Positions 51,832 through 62,580 of a DNA stretch of 64,000 bases are shown piece after piece. Position 1 is the first letter of the stretch, and each line of letters opens with the position of its first letter. A program made the translations under genes and the position numbers. The stretch is from an uncultured candidate division Zixibacteria bacterium (GTDB lineage: Bacteria; Zixibacteria; MSB-5A5; GN15; FEB-12), in assembly GCA_963806185.1 (NCBI GenBank), contig CAWDXE010000008.1:32001-96000 (forward strand). Reading direction: 5' to 3'. The notes under the pieces were generated by a model. That model worked only from the letters and a program-made list of their open reading frames with translations. It was not told the origin of the DNA and made no database searches.

Positions 51832-53571
51832 CTATCGCAATATCGCCTTCAGCCGTGTCATGAATGTCTGCATCCCCTTGGCCACGTCGCCTTCGAGGGT
51901 GATCAGAAGGACCGGCACTTTGCGCTTGAGCAAGGCTTCCATATCCCCGATCGCCTGGGCCGTGATCAGATGTCCGAATCCGAATTCGCGCCCCGGGATC
52001 GGCAGCGCTTCGTATTCCTTCCGGATGAAGATGATATACATCCCCATGCGCGGCCCACCCTTATACAACTGACCGATCGAGTGCAGATACCGCGGACCAT
52101 ACCCCCGCAACGTCGGCAAACCGCTCATATGCCGGAGCGATGTCCGCAGTTCCGCCATTGCCTTCTCCGTCTGCGGCGTCTCACGAAAATAGCCGAGAAC
52201 GGAAAGAAACGAATAATCGCGCTTGGCGCGGGCAAAGAACTGGCGGATCAGGGCCGTCTCCGGCTGCTTGATGCGGAACGAATCCGACATCCCCGCGCGA
52301 AGAATCGAGACACCCTCGTATGTCGACGCCACCGCCGGCATTCCTATCTCGCCGCTCACCCGGAAATCATTCAGAATGGTCGTGGTATTGCCCTTCGCCT
52401 CGGTCACGTTCGGTTCGTCGAACGGATTGACGCCGACGAGATACCCGGCAATCGCGGTCACCGTCTCCCAGAACAGGAATTGCCCGCCGAAATTCGTCTT
52501 TGATCCGAGTGTGATCACGGCCCACGGAAGTTTCTTCTTGGCGAAATCGTTGACGATCGACTGGTATTCCGCCACCTTCTCGCCGGGCGCCTCCAGCATG
52601 ATCGCAATGCGATCCAGACTGTAATCGGCCGGCTTGCCCAGAGGCTCGCTGTCGATCGGAACCGTTCCCTTGTTATCCTTGCCGATAGACTCGGCAATCA
52701 ACTGCTCGATCCACGGCACCAGCGGCTGAGCCGACTTGGTCGCCAGGAATGTCAGCTTGTTCCATCCCCCAACGGCGCCTCCCGCGATCAACGCCGCCAG
52801 CGCCACGGCCGGGTTTGCTTCTCCTTCGGCCGCGAATAGCATCTGCCGCATCGCCGCCGCGTCATCGAGCATCGCTTCCAGATCAACGCCGGTGAATGCG
52901 CCCGGGACCAGTCCGAAATATGACAGCGCCGAATACCGCCCACCTATGTCCGACGGGTTGATCCAGACCTGCCGATACTTCATCTTCCGGGCGAATTTCT
53001 CAAGCTCGCTCCCCTTGTCGGTGATCGCCGTAAACTGCCGGCCGACCTGCTTCACTTTCAGATCGCCCAGCCGCTTGATGAAATACGCTTCATGCGACCG
53101 CGTTTCGATTGTCCCGCCTGATTTCGAGGCGACAATAAACAGCGTCTTCTTGATGTCTGCTTGCTTTTCGACAGCCAGAATGGCCGCCGGATCAGTCGAG
53201 TCGAGGACCTGATAGGAATCAAAGCCTTTGCGTGGTCCGAACACTTTCCCCAACAAATCCGGACAAAGTGACGATCCGCCCATGCCCATCACCACGACGT
53301 GCCGCAAGCCGTCCCGATGAACTTCGTCGGCAAATGCCTTGATCGTGTCCACTTCCGGACGCAGCTTCAACATCACATCCACCCAGCCGAGACGATGGCC
53401 TATGCGATGGCGAATCTCTGCACGCCGTGAAAAGGCCGTGGCGTCGCGTTCCAACAGCCGCTGAGCGATATCGGTCCGCTCACCTAGCTCCAGCGCCCGT
53501 TCAAACCGCGAACCGACTATTCCCTCTGATACCTCAACAAATCCCTTGTTCGTGCCTTTGGTTCGTTTCAA
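51832..53571 (-). CDS. pgi: Glucose-6-phosphate isomerase (resembles the PGI part of Tal-Pgi fusions)
   Basis: GMGGSSL, SKSGGTIET, IGGRYSALS, EQLIAES.GK, NPFDEPNV. Confidence 0.9.
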   Translation of the reverse strand: MKRTKGTNKGFVEVSEGIVGSRFERALELGERTDIAQRLLERDATAFSRRAEIRHRIGHRLGWVDVMLKLRPEVDTIKAFADEVHRDGLRHVVVMGMGGSSLCPDLLGKVFGPRKGFDSYQVLDSTDPAAILAVEKQADIKKTLFIVASKSGGTIETRSHEAYFIKRLGDLKVKQVGRQFTAITDKGSELEKFARKMKYRQVWINPSDIGGRYSALSYFGLVPGAFTGVDLEAMLDDAAAMRQMLFAAEGEANPAVALAALIAGGAVGGWNKLTFLATKSAQPLVPWIEQLIAESIGKDNKGTVPIDSEPLGKPADYSLDRIAIMLEAPGEKVAEYQSIVNDFAKKKLPWAVITLGSKTNFGGQFLFWETVTAIAGYLVGVNPFDEPNVTEAKGNTTTILNDFRVSGEIGMPAVASTYEGVSILRAGMSDSFRIKQPETALIRQFFARAKRDYSFLSVLGYFRETPQTEKAMAELRTSLRHMSGLPTLRGYGPRYLHSIGQLYKGGPRMGMYIIFIRKEYEALPIPGREFGFGHLITAQAIGDMEALLKRKVPVLLITLEGDVAKGMQTFMTRLKAILR

Positions 53572-53582
53572 AAGAGTACCCT

Positions 53583-54230
53583 CTACGTTCGAAGAACTGA
53601 TGCGATCAATGTTCGTCGATCGCTTTCCTTAAAAAATCCTGTTCCCATCACTAATATATCCGCACCGGCATCAAGTACCGCTCCGGCCGTAGATCGGTCG
53701 ACGCCGCCATCAACCGAAATCTGTGTGCGAAGGCCGTGCGAGTCAATGTAATCCCTTGCCGCGCGAATCCGTGACAGACTCGCCGGTATGAACTCTTGAC
53801 CGCCGAATCCGGGAAAGACCGACATGATCAACAGCAGGTCAAATTCCTTCAGATACGGCAACACGCGTTCGATCGGCATGTCCGGGTTCAGTGAAATACC
53901 CGCCTCAACGCCCAACTTCCGGAGCTCGTGCACAACCGAAGTCGGCTCAGGGTGAACCTCGAGATGAAACGTGATCCGATCCGCTCCCGCCTCGACGAAC
54001 GCTTTGAAATACCGCTCCGGCTCCGACAGCATCAAATGCACGTCGAGATACAGATTCGTCAGACGATCAATCGTTCGGACAATGCCCGGACCAAACGAAA
54101 TATTAGGTACAAAGTGGCCATCCATGATGTCCAGATGCAACATCGAAACACCCGATGACTCGGCTCCGGCTACCTCCTCAGCCAGATGTCCGAAATCCGC
54201 GCCCAGAATTGACGGGGCAATGGTTGGCAT
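53583..54230 (-). CDS. rpe: Ribulose-phosphate 3-epimerase
   Basis: IAPSIL, HLDIMDGHFVPN, MSVFPGFGGQ, VDGGV. Confidence 0.97.
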   Translation of the reverse strand: MPTIAPSILGADFGHLAEEVAGAESSGVSMLHLDIMDGHFVPNISFGPGIVRTIDRLTNLYLDVHLMLSEPERYFKAFVEAGADRITFHLEVHPEPTSVVHELRKLGVEAGISLNPDMPIERVLPYLKEFDLLLIMSVFPGFGGQEFIPASLSRIRAARDYIDSHGLRTQISVDGGVDRSTAGAVLDAGADILVMGTGFFKESDRRTLIASVLRT

Positions 54231-54382
54231 AAGACACAATAACGCCCCGGTTCCCGTCAGGGCAAGCGAAAATCGCCTATCAACGACAGGATAGATCGGA
54301 TATGTTTGTCCTTATTCCCGCCCGCGCGCTGCTCCGCTATTCTGTTTCTTTGTTTCCTCACCCGTAACCGGTATACTGATTT

Positions 54383-55333
54383 ATGCGCGCCGGCCCTGCC
54401 CCATCCCAGACTCGTGAAATCGCCCTGCTCGCCGCCGGGGCCTTCTGTATAAGTCTGTCGCCAATCTTCGTTAAGGCTATCGGGCTAGGACACATGGGCC
54501 CTACGGCTATCGGCTTCTGGCGGTTGATTCTGGGCGCCTTCGGCTTCTTCCTTATCGCGATTGTCACGCGGAGGTCATTAAAGCTCAGCCCACACGCTCT
54601 CCTCTGGGCCGCTCTCGCCGGGCTCTCCTTTTCCTTTGATATATTCCTCTGGCACCGCTCCATCCTATTGACTGGCGCAGGCATGGCCACCATTCTCGGC
54701 AACACTCAGGTCTTTAGCTCCGCTATTTTGAGCTACTTTCTTTTCCGCGAACGATTGAGCCTCCGCTTTTTCATAGCCGCCGTCATCGGACTCTTCAGTG
54801 TATCGCTGCTGGTCGGAATCTTTAGCCAAACTGTCGTCTTTACCCCCGACTACACACTGGGTGTGACCTTTGGCCTGGGAACCGGCTTTGCCTACGCCGG
54901 TTTCATCGTCGGGTTGAAACGAGGCTCCCGCGTTGAACCACGACCGGACCCCATAGTCTTCATGGCCTGGTCTTCATTGGTCACCGCCGTCTGCCTTGGT
55001 ATCGCCGCACCGTTCGAACATGGCCTGTTTTTGCCCGGCTCCCTCTTTGATTGGACTATGTTGGTTGGATTGGGGCTGATTGTCCAGGTCTTCGGCTGGT
55101 GGGCAATTTCCTGGTCACTGCACTATATCGAAATTCACCGCGCCTCGCTGATCCTTCTTCTTCAGCCGACCCTCGCTACTGTGTGGGGTGCGATTATCTT
55201 TTCCGAACATCTCGATCTGTTGCAAATCCTTGGCGCCGTCCTCACCCTGACGGCCATCTACTTCGGCTCGATCCGCCCGGAATCCTCCTCCGACAGCAAC
55301 ACTATCCCCGCCGACCATCTGGTGCAAGGGTAG
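54383..55333 (+). CDS. DMT/EamA-family transporter
   Basis: About 10 TM helices in two EamA repeats. Confidence 0.88.
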   Translation: MRAGPAPSQTREIALLAAGAFCISLSPIFVKAIGLGHMGPTAIGFWRLILGAFGFFLIAIVTRRSLKLSPHALLWAALAGLSFSFDIFLWHRSILLTGAGMATILGNTQVFSSAILSYFLFRERLSLRFFIAAVIGLFSVSLLVGIFSQTVVFTPDYTLGVTFGLGTGFAYAGFIVGLKRGSRVEPRPDPIVFMAWSSLVTAVCLGIAAPFEHGLFLPGSLFDWTMLVGLGLIVQVFGWWAISWSLHYIEIHRASLILLLQPTLATVWGAIIFSEHLDLLQILGAVLTLTAIYFGSIRPESSSDSNTIPADHLVQG

Positions 55334-55359
55334 AACAGACTCATTCCGGTATCCGCCCC

Positions 55360-56478
55360 CTACGGCCTCCCGAAAAACCAGTCCGCGTCGTGTGTGATAT
55401 AGGCGCTCACCTGCATCTGCATGATCACCGTCGATTGCGTCTCTCCACTCCGACTCCCTGAATACCCGATCGGGTCAAGTACCACGCTCTTAGGTCCCTC
55501 ACTCTTGACCGGCCCCAGGCCGGATCGGAATCGAAACAGATTCTTCGCCATGTACCCGAGATACTCATGCTTGCTGTACGGATCGCCATTGTAGTCGATC
55601 GCATCCCAGATGCCCACCGAATCTCCCCGCTCCAGGGCCGCTCTGAATTCCAACGGACTCATCCAGTTTCCGGCCGTGTCAGTGACACGAACGTTGTACG
55701 TCGGATCGGTCAGCACCCATTTCCCCATCGTCTCGGACCAGACCATCACCACCGAATGGCAATCCCCATCAGCCGTGTCAAACGGCAGACATGCCAGTAC
55801 GCGCGCCGTAAACCCACACGCCAGGTACGCCTGACAGAGCATCCCCGCCAGCGCCCCACAATGCAGCCCGCGCTGCTCGCTGTCACAAATCTTGATGATC
55901 TCCACCGGATCGGTTGCCGCCGGCTCCTCGTGCTGACCATCGTGCTTGATCCGCCGGTGTACCCAGCCCAACAGATTCTCGATCTGCGACCCTTCTCCGC
56001 CTGCTCCCATCACGCTGTCCAGCCCAAAGGTCGTCCGAAAATTCGTCAGGTGAGAATCGGTCGACGCCGGGTAAGCAAACGCCGGGATCTCCGCCGCTCC
56101 TACCCGTTCGAATTGATTAAACTCTCTAAGGAGTTTCAGCTTCGGCTCGCGATGAACATACCAACCCATAAACCGGACCACCAATTGCATCGTGTCCGTC
56201 GGCCGGACCAACCCAATCGTCACGGCGTCGGCTGAACACTCGACCACCACCGAATCCGTTCCACTGACAAAAATCATCGGCTTCTCGTCATACGTGTTAA
56301 CGGTATCGTGCATTCGCAATTGCGCTACCGGCACCGTCGCCAGGAATGATCCACTCTTGACCGTAATACTGTCCGCCGCCACGCGCAGGTATGCCTTGAT
56401 CGGATCCGGAGGTTTCGACGCCGTCACGCCGGCAACACCGGCCAACAGCAGAATTGCCGCAGCTATCGCTTTCCGCAT
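55360..56478 (-). CDS. Exported transglutaminase-like domain protein
   Basis: Signal peptide; GLHC, DCHSV, LTDPT Cys-His-Asp triad. Confidence 0.82.
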   Translation of the reverse strand: MRKAIAAAILLLAGVAGVTASKPPDPIKAYLRVAADSITVKSGSFLATVPVAQLRMHDTVNTYDEKPMIFVSGTDSVVVECSADAVTIGLVRPTDTMQLVVRFMGWYVHREPKLKLLREFNQFERVGAAEIPAFAYPASTDSHLTNFRTTFGLDSVMGAGGEGSQIENLLGWVHRRIKHDGQHEEPAATDPVEIIKICDSEQRGLHCGALAGMLCQAYLACGFTARVLACLPFDTADGDCHSVVMVWSETMGKWVLTDPTYNVRVTDTAGNWMSPLEFRAALERGDSVGIWDAIDYNGDPYSKHEYLGYMAKNLFRFRSGLGPVKSEGPKSVVLDPIGYSGSRSGETQSTVIMQMQVSAYITHDADWFFGRP

Positions 56479-56496
56479 ATGCCACCTTTCAAACGA

Positions 56497-56524
56497 AACC
56501 CCGCCGGAAATTACTCCGGCGGGG
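56497..56524 (-). terminator. Terminator downstream of maeB
   Basis: AAACCCCGCCGGA-aattac-TCCGGCGGGG. Confidence 0.7.
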
Positions 56525-56545
56525 AATACACTGAGAACGAATGTC

Positions 56546-58804
56546 TTACTTGCGCAACTTCGTCTGCGCGTCCACCACCGCGATTGCCGTCATGTCGACA
56601 ATCTCGTTGACGTCGAGCGTGGTATGCAGCACGTGCAGCGGCCGCGAAAGGCCCATAAGAATCGGCCCCACCGCCATTAAGCCGCCGATCCGCTGCGCCA
56701 TCTTGTAGCAGATGTTGGCCGCATTCAGATCGGGGAACACGAACACGTTGGCCGGCTCCTGAAGACTGCTGAAGGGGAAATACTTCTTGATATAATCCGG
56801 CATGACGGCCGTATCCATCTGCATTTCTCCCTCGACCACCAGGTTCGGCGCCTTGCGCTTGATGATCTCCGTCGCCTTGGCCACCTTGCTCGACTCCGGA
56901 TACGGCGCGCTCCCGAAATTCGAGAACGACAGCATCGCGACTCTCGGCTCAATATTGAAGCTGCGTGCCACGCGCGACGCACACAGGGCGATCTCCGCCA
57001 GCTCTTCCGCCGTCGGATCGACATTCACCGTCGTATCGGCAAACATGTACACCTGATCCTTTTGAATCATGGCGAACAATCCGGACACCCGCGTCACGCC
57101 TTCTTCGAGCGGAATGATCTGCAGCGCCGGACGAATCACTGTCGGATATTCCGACGATACGCCGGACAATACCGCGTCGCAATCCCCCTGGTCGAGCATC
57201 ATCACTCCGTAGTAATACCGGTCGTTCACCGTCCAGTACGCCTTGTCGTAGGTCATCCCCTTGCGCGCACGAATCTCATGCAGCCGCTTGGCGTAGGCCT
57301 CGCGCTTCGGCGACGTGACCGGATCGATGATCTCAAGACCGTCAATGTCAATCTCGTTCGCCGTCGCCACCTTGCGGATTTCTGCCGGATCGCCCAGCAC
57401 GGTCGGCTTCGCCAACCCTTGCTCGGCCACCATATTTGCGGCCCGCAAAATACGGGTCGACGTCCCTTCCGGATAGACCACCCGCTTCGGATCCTTGCGC
57501 GCCTTGTCGGTCATGACGCTCATGATGATGCGTCCCTTGCCGATCCGCTTCGACAACTGCTCGCGATACTCTTCGATATCCACCTTTATCTGCGCCACAC
57601 CCGTCCGGATTGCGGCCTCGGCCACCGCCGATGCTTCCCACACCAGAATGCGCGGATCAAACGGCTTCGGAATGATATATTCGCGACCGAACTTGAAGTA
57701 CTCTACGCCGTACGCCCGGGCTACTTCGTCCGGTACGTCCTGCTTGGCCAGATCGGCCAGCGCCTTGACGGCGGCCTTCTTCATCTCTTCGTTGATCGCC
57801 GTCGCCTGTACGTCCAGCGCGCCGCGGAAAATGAACGGGAATCCGAGCACGTTGTTCACCTGGTTCGGATAGTCCGAACGGCCCGTCGCCATAATCAGGT
57901 CCTTGCGAACCGACATCGCCAGCGGATAGTCAATTTCCGGATCCGGATTCGCCATCGCAAAAATAATCGGATCCTTCGCCATCGACTTCACCATCGCCGG
58001 CGTCACCTGGTCCTTCACCGACACCCCGACAAACAGATCGGCATCCTTCATCGCCTCTTCCAGCGTGTGCATCGACGTCTTGCGGACAAACTCAGCCTTG
58101 TACTGGTTGAACTTGTCGCCACGTCCCTCATACATCACACCCTTCGAGTCGACCATCACCAGGTTCTCATGCTTCACACCCAGTGAACAATACAGCTTCG
58201 CACAGGCAATCCCCGCCGCGCCGGCGCCGGAAAATACCACGCGAACCTTATCAATATCCTTTTTCACCAGTTCCAGCGCGTTCAACAGCGCCGCACCCGA
58301 GATGATCGCCGTCCCGTGCTGATCGTCGTGAAACACCGGAATCTTCATCGTCTTCTTCAGTGTCTCTTCGATGTAGAAACACTCCGGAGCTTTGATATCC
58401 TCAAGATTGATCCCGCCAAAGGTCGGCTCCAGAAGCTGGCACGCCCGGATGATCTCATCCGCGTTCTCCGTGTCCAGCTCAATATCAAACACGTCGATAT
58501 CAGCGAATCTTTTGAAAAGAACTCCCTTTCCTTCCATTACCGGTTTCCCGGCCAGCGCTCCAATATTCCCCAGTCCCAGCACCGCGGTACCGTTGGACAC
58601 GACCGCTACCAGATTCCCCTTGGCTGTGTAACGATAAACATCCGACGGATTGGCCGCGATTTCCAGACAGGGCTGGGCCACACCCGGCGTGTACGCCAAC
58701 GACAAATCCAGCTGGGTCGTGCACGGTTTGGTCGGAGTGACCTCGATCTTCCCTCGCTTGCCTTTAAAATGATAGTCGAGAGCCTGTTGTTTGGTAATCA
58801 GCAT
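56546..58804 (-). CDS. maeB: NADP-dependent malic enzyme with PTA-like domain
   Basis: [39 protein letters not shown]-terminal PTA domain. Confidence 0.97.
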   Translation of the reverse strand: MLITKQQALDYHFKGKRGKIEVTPTKPCTTQLDLSLAYTPGVAQPCLEIAANPSDVYRYTAKGNLVAVVSNGTAVLGLGNIGALAGKPVMEGKGVLFKRFADIDVFDIELDTENADEIIRACQLLEPTFGGINLEDIKAPECFYIEETLKKTMKIPVFHDDQHGTAIISGAALLNALELVKKDIDKVRVVFSGAGAAGIACAKLYCSLGVKHENLVMVDSKGVMYEGRGDKFNQYKAEFVRKTSMHTLEEAMKDADLFVGVSVKDQVTPAMVKSMAKDPIIFAMANPDPEIDYPLAMSVRKDLIMATGRSDYPNQVNNVLGFPFIFRGALDVQATAINEEMKKAAVKALADLAKQDVPDEVARAYGVEYFKFGREYIIPKPFDPRILVWEASAVAEAAIRTGVAQIKVDIEEYREQLSKRIGKGRIIMSVMTDKARKDPKRVVYPEGTSTRILRAANMVAEQGLAKPTVLGDPAEIRKVATANEIDIDGLEIIDPVTSPKREAYAKRLHEIRARKGMTYDKAYWTVNDRYYYGVMMLDQGDCDAVLSGVSSEYPTVIRPALQIIPLEEGVTRVSGLFAMIQKDQVYMFADTTVNVDPTAEELAEIALCASRVARSFNIEPRVAMLSFSNFGSAPYPESSKVAKATEIIKRKAPNLVVEGEMQMDTAVMPDYIKKYFPFSSLQEPANVFVFPDLNAANICYKMAQRIGGLMAVGPILMGLSRPLHVLHTTLDVNEIVDMTAIAVVDAQTKLRK

Positions 58805-58837
58805 AAAATTTCTCCGCTATAATACCCGCAGACAGGT

Positions 58838-58855
58838 TGGTTATTTTTTTCACAA
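58838..58855. promoter_or_regulatory. Rex-type operator upstream of maeB
   Basis: Minus strand TTGTGAAAAAAATAACCA vs consensus TTGTGAA-N4-TTCACAA. Confidence 0.5.
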
Positions 58856-59027
58856 AGACGAATTAATGACCCACTTTCGTCCCCGTCAAGCTCATTATGC
58901 ATTCTCTTTTTGTTCCAATTGGTCCTGCAATCTGATCCCGCTCTCATTTTCCCTTGTCTGAGAACATCTTCGTAAGCACTTACGTATAAAATATGGCACC
59001 GGTTGACCGAACCTTGTATACTGAAAT

Positions 59028-60008
59028 ATGCCGTCAAATGATCTTTTAACACAGTTGGGGCCATTGGCTTTTGCGACCCGCCTGCGTCGCCTCGCCGATC
59101 GCCTTTCGCGCGATGTCTCGCACGTGTACGAACAGCTCGACGTCATCTTTGAGGCCCGCTGGTTCGCCGTCCTTTATCTCCTGCACCAGGAATCGCCCCT
59201 CCCGCTTACCACCGTCGCCCATCGCCTGGGCCTCACCCATCCGGCCATCAACCAGGTGGCTGCCGAAATGACCAAGGCCGGTCTTCTTCTCTCCGGCCGG
59301 GATCGGGCCGACAGCCGCAAACGACTCCTCCGCCTGAGCAAAAAGGGAATGTCCGTCGCTGTCACACTTCAGCCCGTGTGGAAAGACGTTGCCGACGCTA
59401 CCGAGGATTTGCTTACTCGGCACGCCGGAACACTTATGATCCAGATCGATGCTATCGAGCGCGCTCTCGACGATCTCGAAATGTTCGACCGGGTCATGAA
59501 CCGAATTCGCGATCGGCTGATGGCCTCAGTCGAAATCCTCCCCTTCGCGCCCAGATATCAGCCGCACTTCAAATCGTTAAATCACGCTTGGCTCGAAAAA
59601 CATTTCACGGTTGAGAAATCTGACGAGGAGATGCTGTCAAAACCGGCTTCCGCTATCATTGACAGGGGTGGCATCGTCTTCTTCGCCCGCATCGACAACC
59701 AGATTGTCGGCTGTATCGCCATGCTGCGCCACGATGCCACCACTTTCGAACTGGCCAAACTAGCCGTCTCACCAGAAGCGCAGGGCAAACAAGTTGGTCG
59801 CAAGCTCTGCCTCGAAGGCATTAAGTGGGCCCAATCGCAGGGCGCCGTCACGATCATCCTCCACACCAGTCCGAAATTAACCGCCGCCATTCAACTATAC
59901 GAATCACTGGGCTTTATTCGCTCCGCTGACCCTCCGGCCGCCCCGCACCGTCACCAGCGCGAGACCTTCATGATGATTCGCTCGCTTCACAATCCTGTCA
60001 CTGCATAA
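59028..60008 (+). CDS. MarR HTH-GNAT acetyltransferase fusion
   Basis: ATRLRRLADRL..LGLTHPAINQ..DSRKRLLRLS; ELAKLAV..QGKQVG..AIQLYESLGF. Confidence 0.9.
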   Translation: MPSNDLLTQLGPLAFATRLRRLADRLSRDVSHVYEQLDVIFEARWFAVLYLLHQESPLPLTTVAHRLGLTHPAINQVAAEMTKAGLLLSGRDRADSRKRLLRLSKKGMSVAVTLQPVWKDVADATEDLLTRHAGTLMIQIDAIERALDDLEMFDRVMNRIRDRLMASVEILPFAPRYQPHFKSLNHAWLEKHFTVEKSDEEMLSKPASAIIDRGGIVFFARIDNQIVGCIAMLRHDATTFELAKLAVSPEAQGKQVGRKLCLEGIKWAQSQGAVTIILHTSPKLTAAIQLYESLGFIRSADPPAAPHRHQRETFMMIRSLHNPVTA

Positions 60009-60018
60009 GGGGTGATGT

Positions 60019-61359
60019 ATGTCTTCCCGTTACATCGGCTTGATCCTGGCGGTCCTCATCAGTATGAGCCTGCTTCTGTCCACTGCCTCGGCGCAACAAT
60101 CGGCCCAAATGAACATCAACGGCAAGCAGCGCGCTGTCATTGTCGATTCCGTTGCTCTCGCTATCGAAAGCACCTACGTCTTCCCCGATAAGGGGAAAGC
60201 CATGGCCCAGCTCATCCGCCAGAATCAGAAGAAGAAGGCATACGACACGATCTCCACTCTTGGCAGCTTCGCTTTCGCCCTGACTACCGATCTTCGCTCC
60301 GTGACGCACGACCTGCATATCGGAGTCCGGCCTATCCCTCCCGATGCTCCGTCGTCTCGCCCCGACGACACTCTCACGGACGATTTGAAACAACAGGTTA
60401 TCGCCAGTGAGAGAAAAGCGAACTTCGGCTTCCAAAAAGTCGAAATCCTCGATGGCAACATCGGCTATGTCGACATGCGCTCTTTCTGCGAGGCTGAATG
60501 GGCCGGCCCGACGGCTATCGCCGCTATGAATTTCGTCGCCAACACTAATGCCGTCATCTTTGACATGCGCTACAACGGCGGCGGCGATCCTTCAATGTGC
60601 CAGCTTCTCATGAGCTACTTTCTCGACAAGCCGACTCACATCAATTCCTTCTACGAGCGCCGCCTCGACAGCCTGCGCGAATTCTGGACCTACGCCGATG
60701 TTTCGGGCCCGCGTATGACCAATACGCCGGTGTATATCCTTACCAGTAACCGAACCTTCTCGTGCGCCGAGGAATTCTCGTACGACTTCCAGTCCATCAA
60801 GCGCGGCACCGTTGTAGGCGAGACCACCGGCGGCGGCGCTCATCCGGTGGCATCGTGGGACTTCGCCGACTTGCATCTTGAAGTCCGTGTACCGTACGGA
60901 CGCGCGATCAATCCCGTCACCAAAACCAACTGGGAAGGCGTGGGCGTCAAACCGGACATTGAATCATCGGCTGAGGCAGCTCTCAGCGTGGCTCACGTGA
61001 AGGCGCTCGAAGAAGCATTGTCGAAGACTACCGACGAGGCGACCAGGAGCGAACTGTCCTGGGCCCTCGACAACTTGAAATCACAATACAATCCGGTTGT
61101 TCTGAACGAAACGGAGTTGACCGTGTATGCCGGCACGTATGGCCCGCGTACGATCAGTGTCGTGAATGGCGTTTTGCAGAGCCGCCGCCCCGGCGGCCCG
61201 GTTGTCGTCCTCCTGCCAATGGGAGCCGACCTGTTCCGCGCTACTCAAGGCCCTGATCTACGTATGAAATTTGTCCGCGACGGTTTCGGAAAGATCGCCG
61301 AGGTCCAGTTACTCACACCCGAGGGCATGATCGATCGCGCCCCCAGACAGCCTAACTGA
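60019..61359 (+). CDS. S41-family (IRBP-like) peptidase, exported
   Basis: Signal peptide; NIGY, DMRYNGGG, TFSCAEEF, VGETTGGGAHP, WEGVGVKPD. Confidence 0.93.
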   Translation: MSSRYIGLILAVLISMSLLLSTASAQQSAQMNINGKQRAVIVDSVALAIESTYVFPDKGKAMAQLIRQNQKKKAYDTISTLGSFAFALTTDLRSVTHDLHIGVRPIPPDAPSSRPDDTLTDDLKQQVIASERKANFGFQKVEILDGNIGYVDMRSFCEAEWAGPTAIAAMNFVANTNAVIFDMRYNGGGDPSMCQLLMSYFLDKPTHINSFYERRLDSLREFWTYADVSGPRMTNTPVYILTSNRTFSCAEEFSYDFQSIKRGTVVGETTGGGAHPVASWDFADLHLEVRVPYGRAINPVTKTNWEGVGVKPDIESSAEAALSVAHVKALEEALSKTTDEATRSELSWALDNLKSQYNPVVLNETELTVYAGTYGPRTISVVNGVLQSRRPGGPVVVLLPMGADLFRATQGPDLRMKFVRDGFGKIAEVQLLTPEGMIDRAPRQPN

Positions 61360-61384
61360 TAGACCCGTTGATTAAATCCTGATA

Positions 61385-61685
61385 TGCGTGGCGTACGTCC
61401 CGTGCGTTTCCCAATGTGCGTGGCGTACGTCCCGTGCGCCACGCGAATCCCCTTCTTCCCGCCCCATCATGCCGACCAATCATGTGCCGTCAGACCCCCG
61501 TGCCTGACGGCAAGTGGGGCTGTCGTAGGTCAGGATCCCCGCTTCTTAGCGGGTGATCCTGACGTTCTATTTGAACGCAGCGCACTGCCTGTGACAAGTT
61601 GCCTCAAACCATGTGACACTTCACAGCGGCGCATGACCTGACACTCTTCTCTTTCCCCTCTCCCTCTGGGAGAGGGTGAGGGCCG
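61385..61685. repeat. Third palindromic-repeat mosaic
   Basis: TGCGTGGCGTACGTCCCGTGCG x2; GTAGGTCAGGATC..GATCCTGAC; CCCCTCTCCCTCTGGGAGAGGGTGAGGG. Confidence 0.75.
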
Positions 61686-61956
61686 ACAGGGAAACAACCT
61701 CCGTTTACCGCCCCCAGAGCAGAATCTAAGCGCGCCGACACTTGTGGTCGTACCCATCTTCGAACCAATACTCCCACAACTACTTATCATCCCCAATTGT
61801 CGGCTCCTCACAACAATCTTTACTCCCCCGTAAACTATTAAACCAGAGGGATTTACTCTCGAACAAGTTGACATCAGCATCGATCTTAACTATACTTGCC
61901 CCTGTAAGTTGCGAACTACCCAGCGGAGAGGAAATTGGAGGCCGGAATGTCAACAT

Positions 61957-61974
61957 TTGTGAAATCTTTCTCAA
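61957..61974. promoter_or_regulatory. Rex operator
   Basis: TTGTGAAATCTTTCTCAA, one mismatch from TTGTGAA-N4-TTCACAA, about 100 nt upstream of an NADH-linked redox operon. Confidence 0.7.
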
Positions 61975-62076
61975 GATTCCGACAATATTTGTCGACTTTC
62001 TCCACATCGGGCTTCGACTTCCTTCCCGACCGCCCTGATCGCCCGATCGTCCGGTCGCGAGGCATATGAGGGTGTA

Positions 62077-62571
62077 ATGAGCAACGGTTACTATCTTTTG
62101 GCCCGGTTCACCAACTCCGAAAAATTGCTGCCGGCCGTCAAATTGCTCTCCGAAGTTTCCGGCATCATCCGGTGGGACGCTGTCGACGGCCAGCTTCATC
62201 TGGTGGTTCGTACGGATGACAATGTCCAGGCTTCCGTTGTCCGCTTCACGGCGCTCGACGAATACGCGCACATTAAGACGGCCCGCCTGCTTTCTGACGA
62301 TCCCCGCAAGAATGTCAGTAACAACAGTACCCTGCGCGCCTATCTCTTCGTCGAAGTTGAGCCAAGATATCGTGAATCCGTCCACTTAGCCGTCGCGACC
62401 CTCCCCGGGATTCTCTCGTGTGCTGCCACCGAGGGCCCCTGCGATATCGTCGCCCTCATGACCGGCCCCACCCTCTCGGCGATCGACCGCGTCATCGAAG
62501 AACAAGTGCGCCCAATGGACGGCGTCTTGCGCGTCAAACGGGATCGCGTCATCAACCTGGAACAGCTATAA
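62077..62571 (+). CDS. Tandem Lrp/AsnC ligand-binding (RAM) domain protein without HTH
   Basis: RAYLFVEVEP..TEGPCDIVA..VRPMDGVLR, with a degenerate first copy. Confidence 0.7.
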   Translation: MSNGYYLLARFTNSEKLLPAVKLLSEVSGIIRWDAVDGQLHLVVRTDDNVQASVVRFTALDEYAHIKTARLLSDDPRKNVSNNSTLRAYLFVEVEPRYRESVHLAVATLPGILSCAATEGPCDIVALMTGPTLSAIDRVIEEQVRPMDGVLRVKRDRVINLEQL

Positions 62572-62580
62572 GGAACGACC

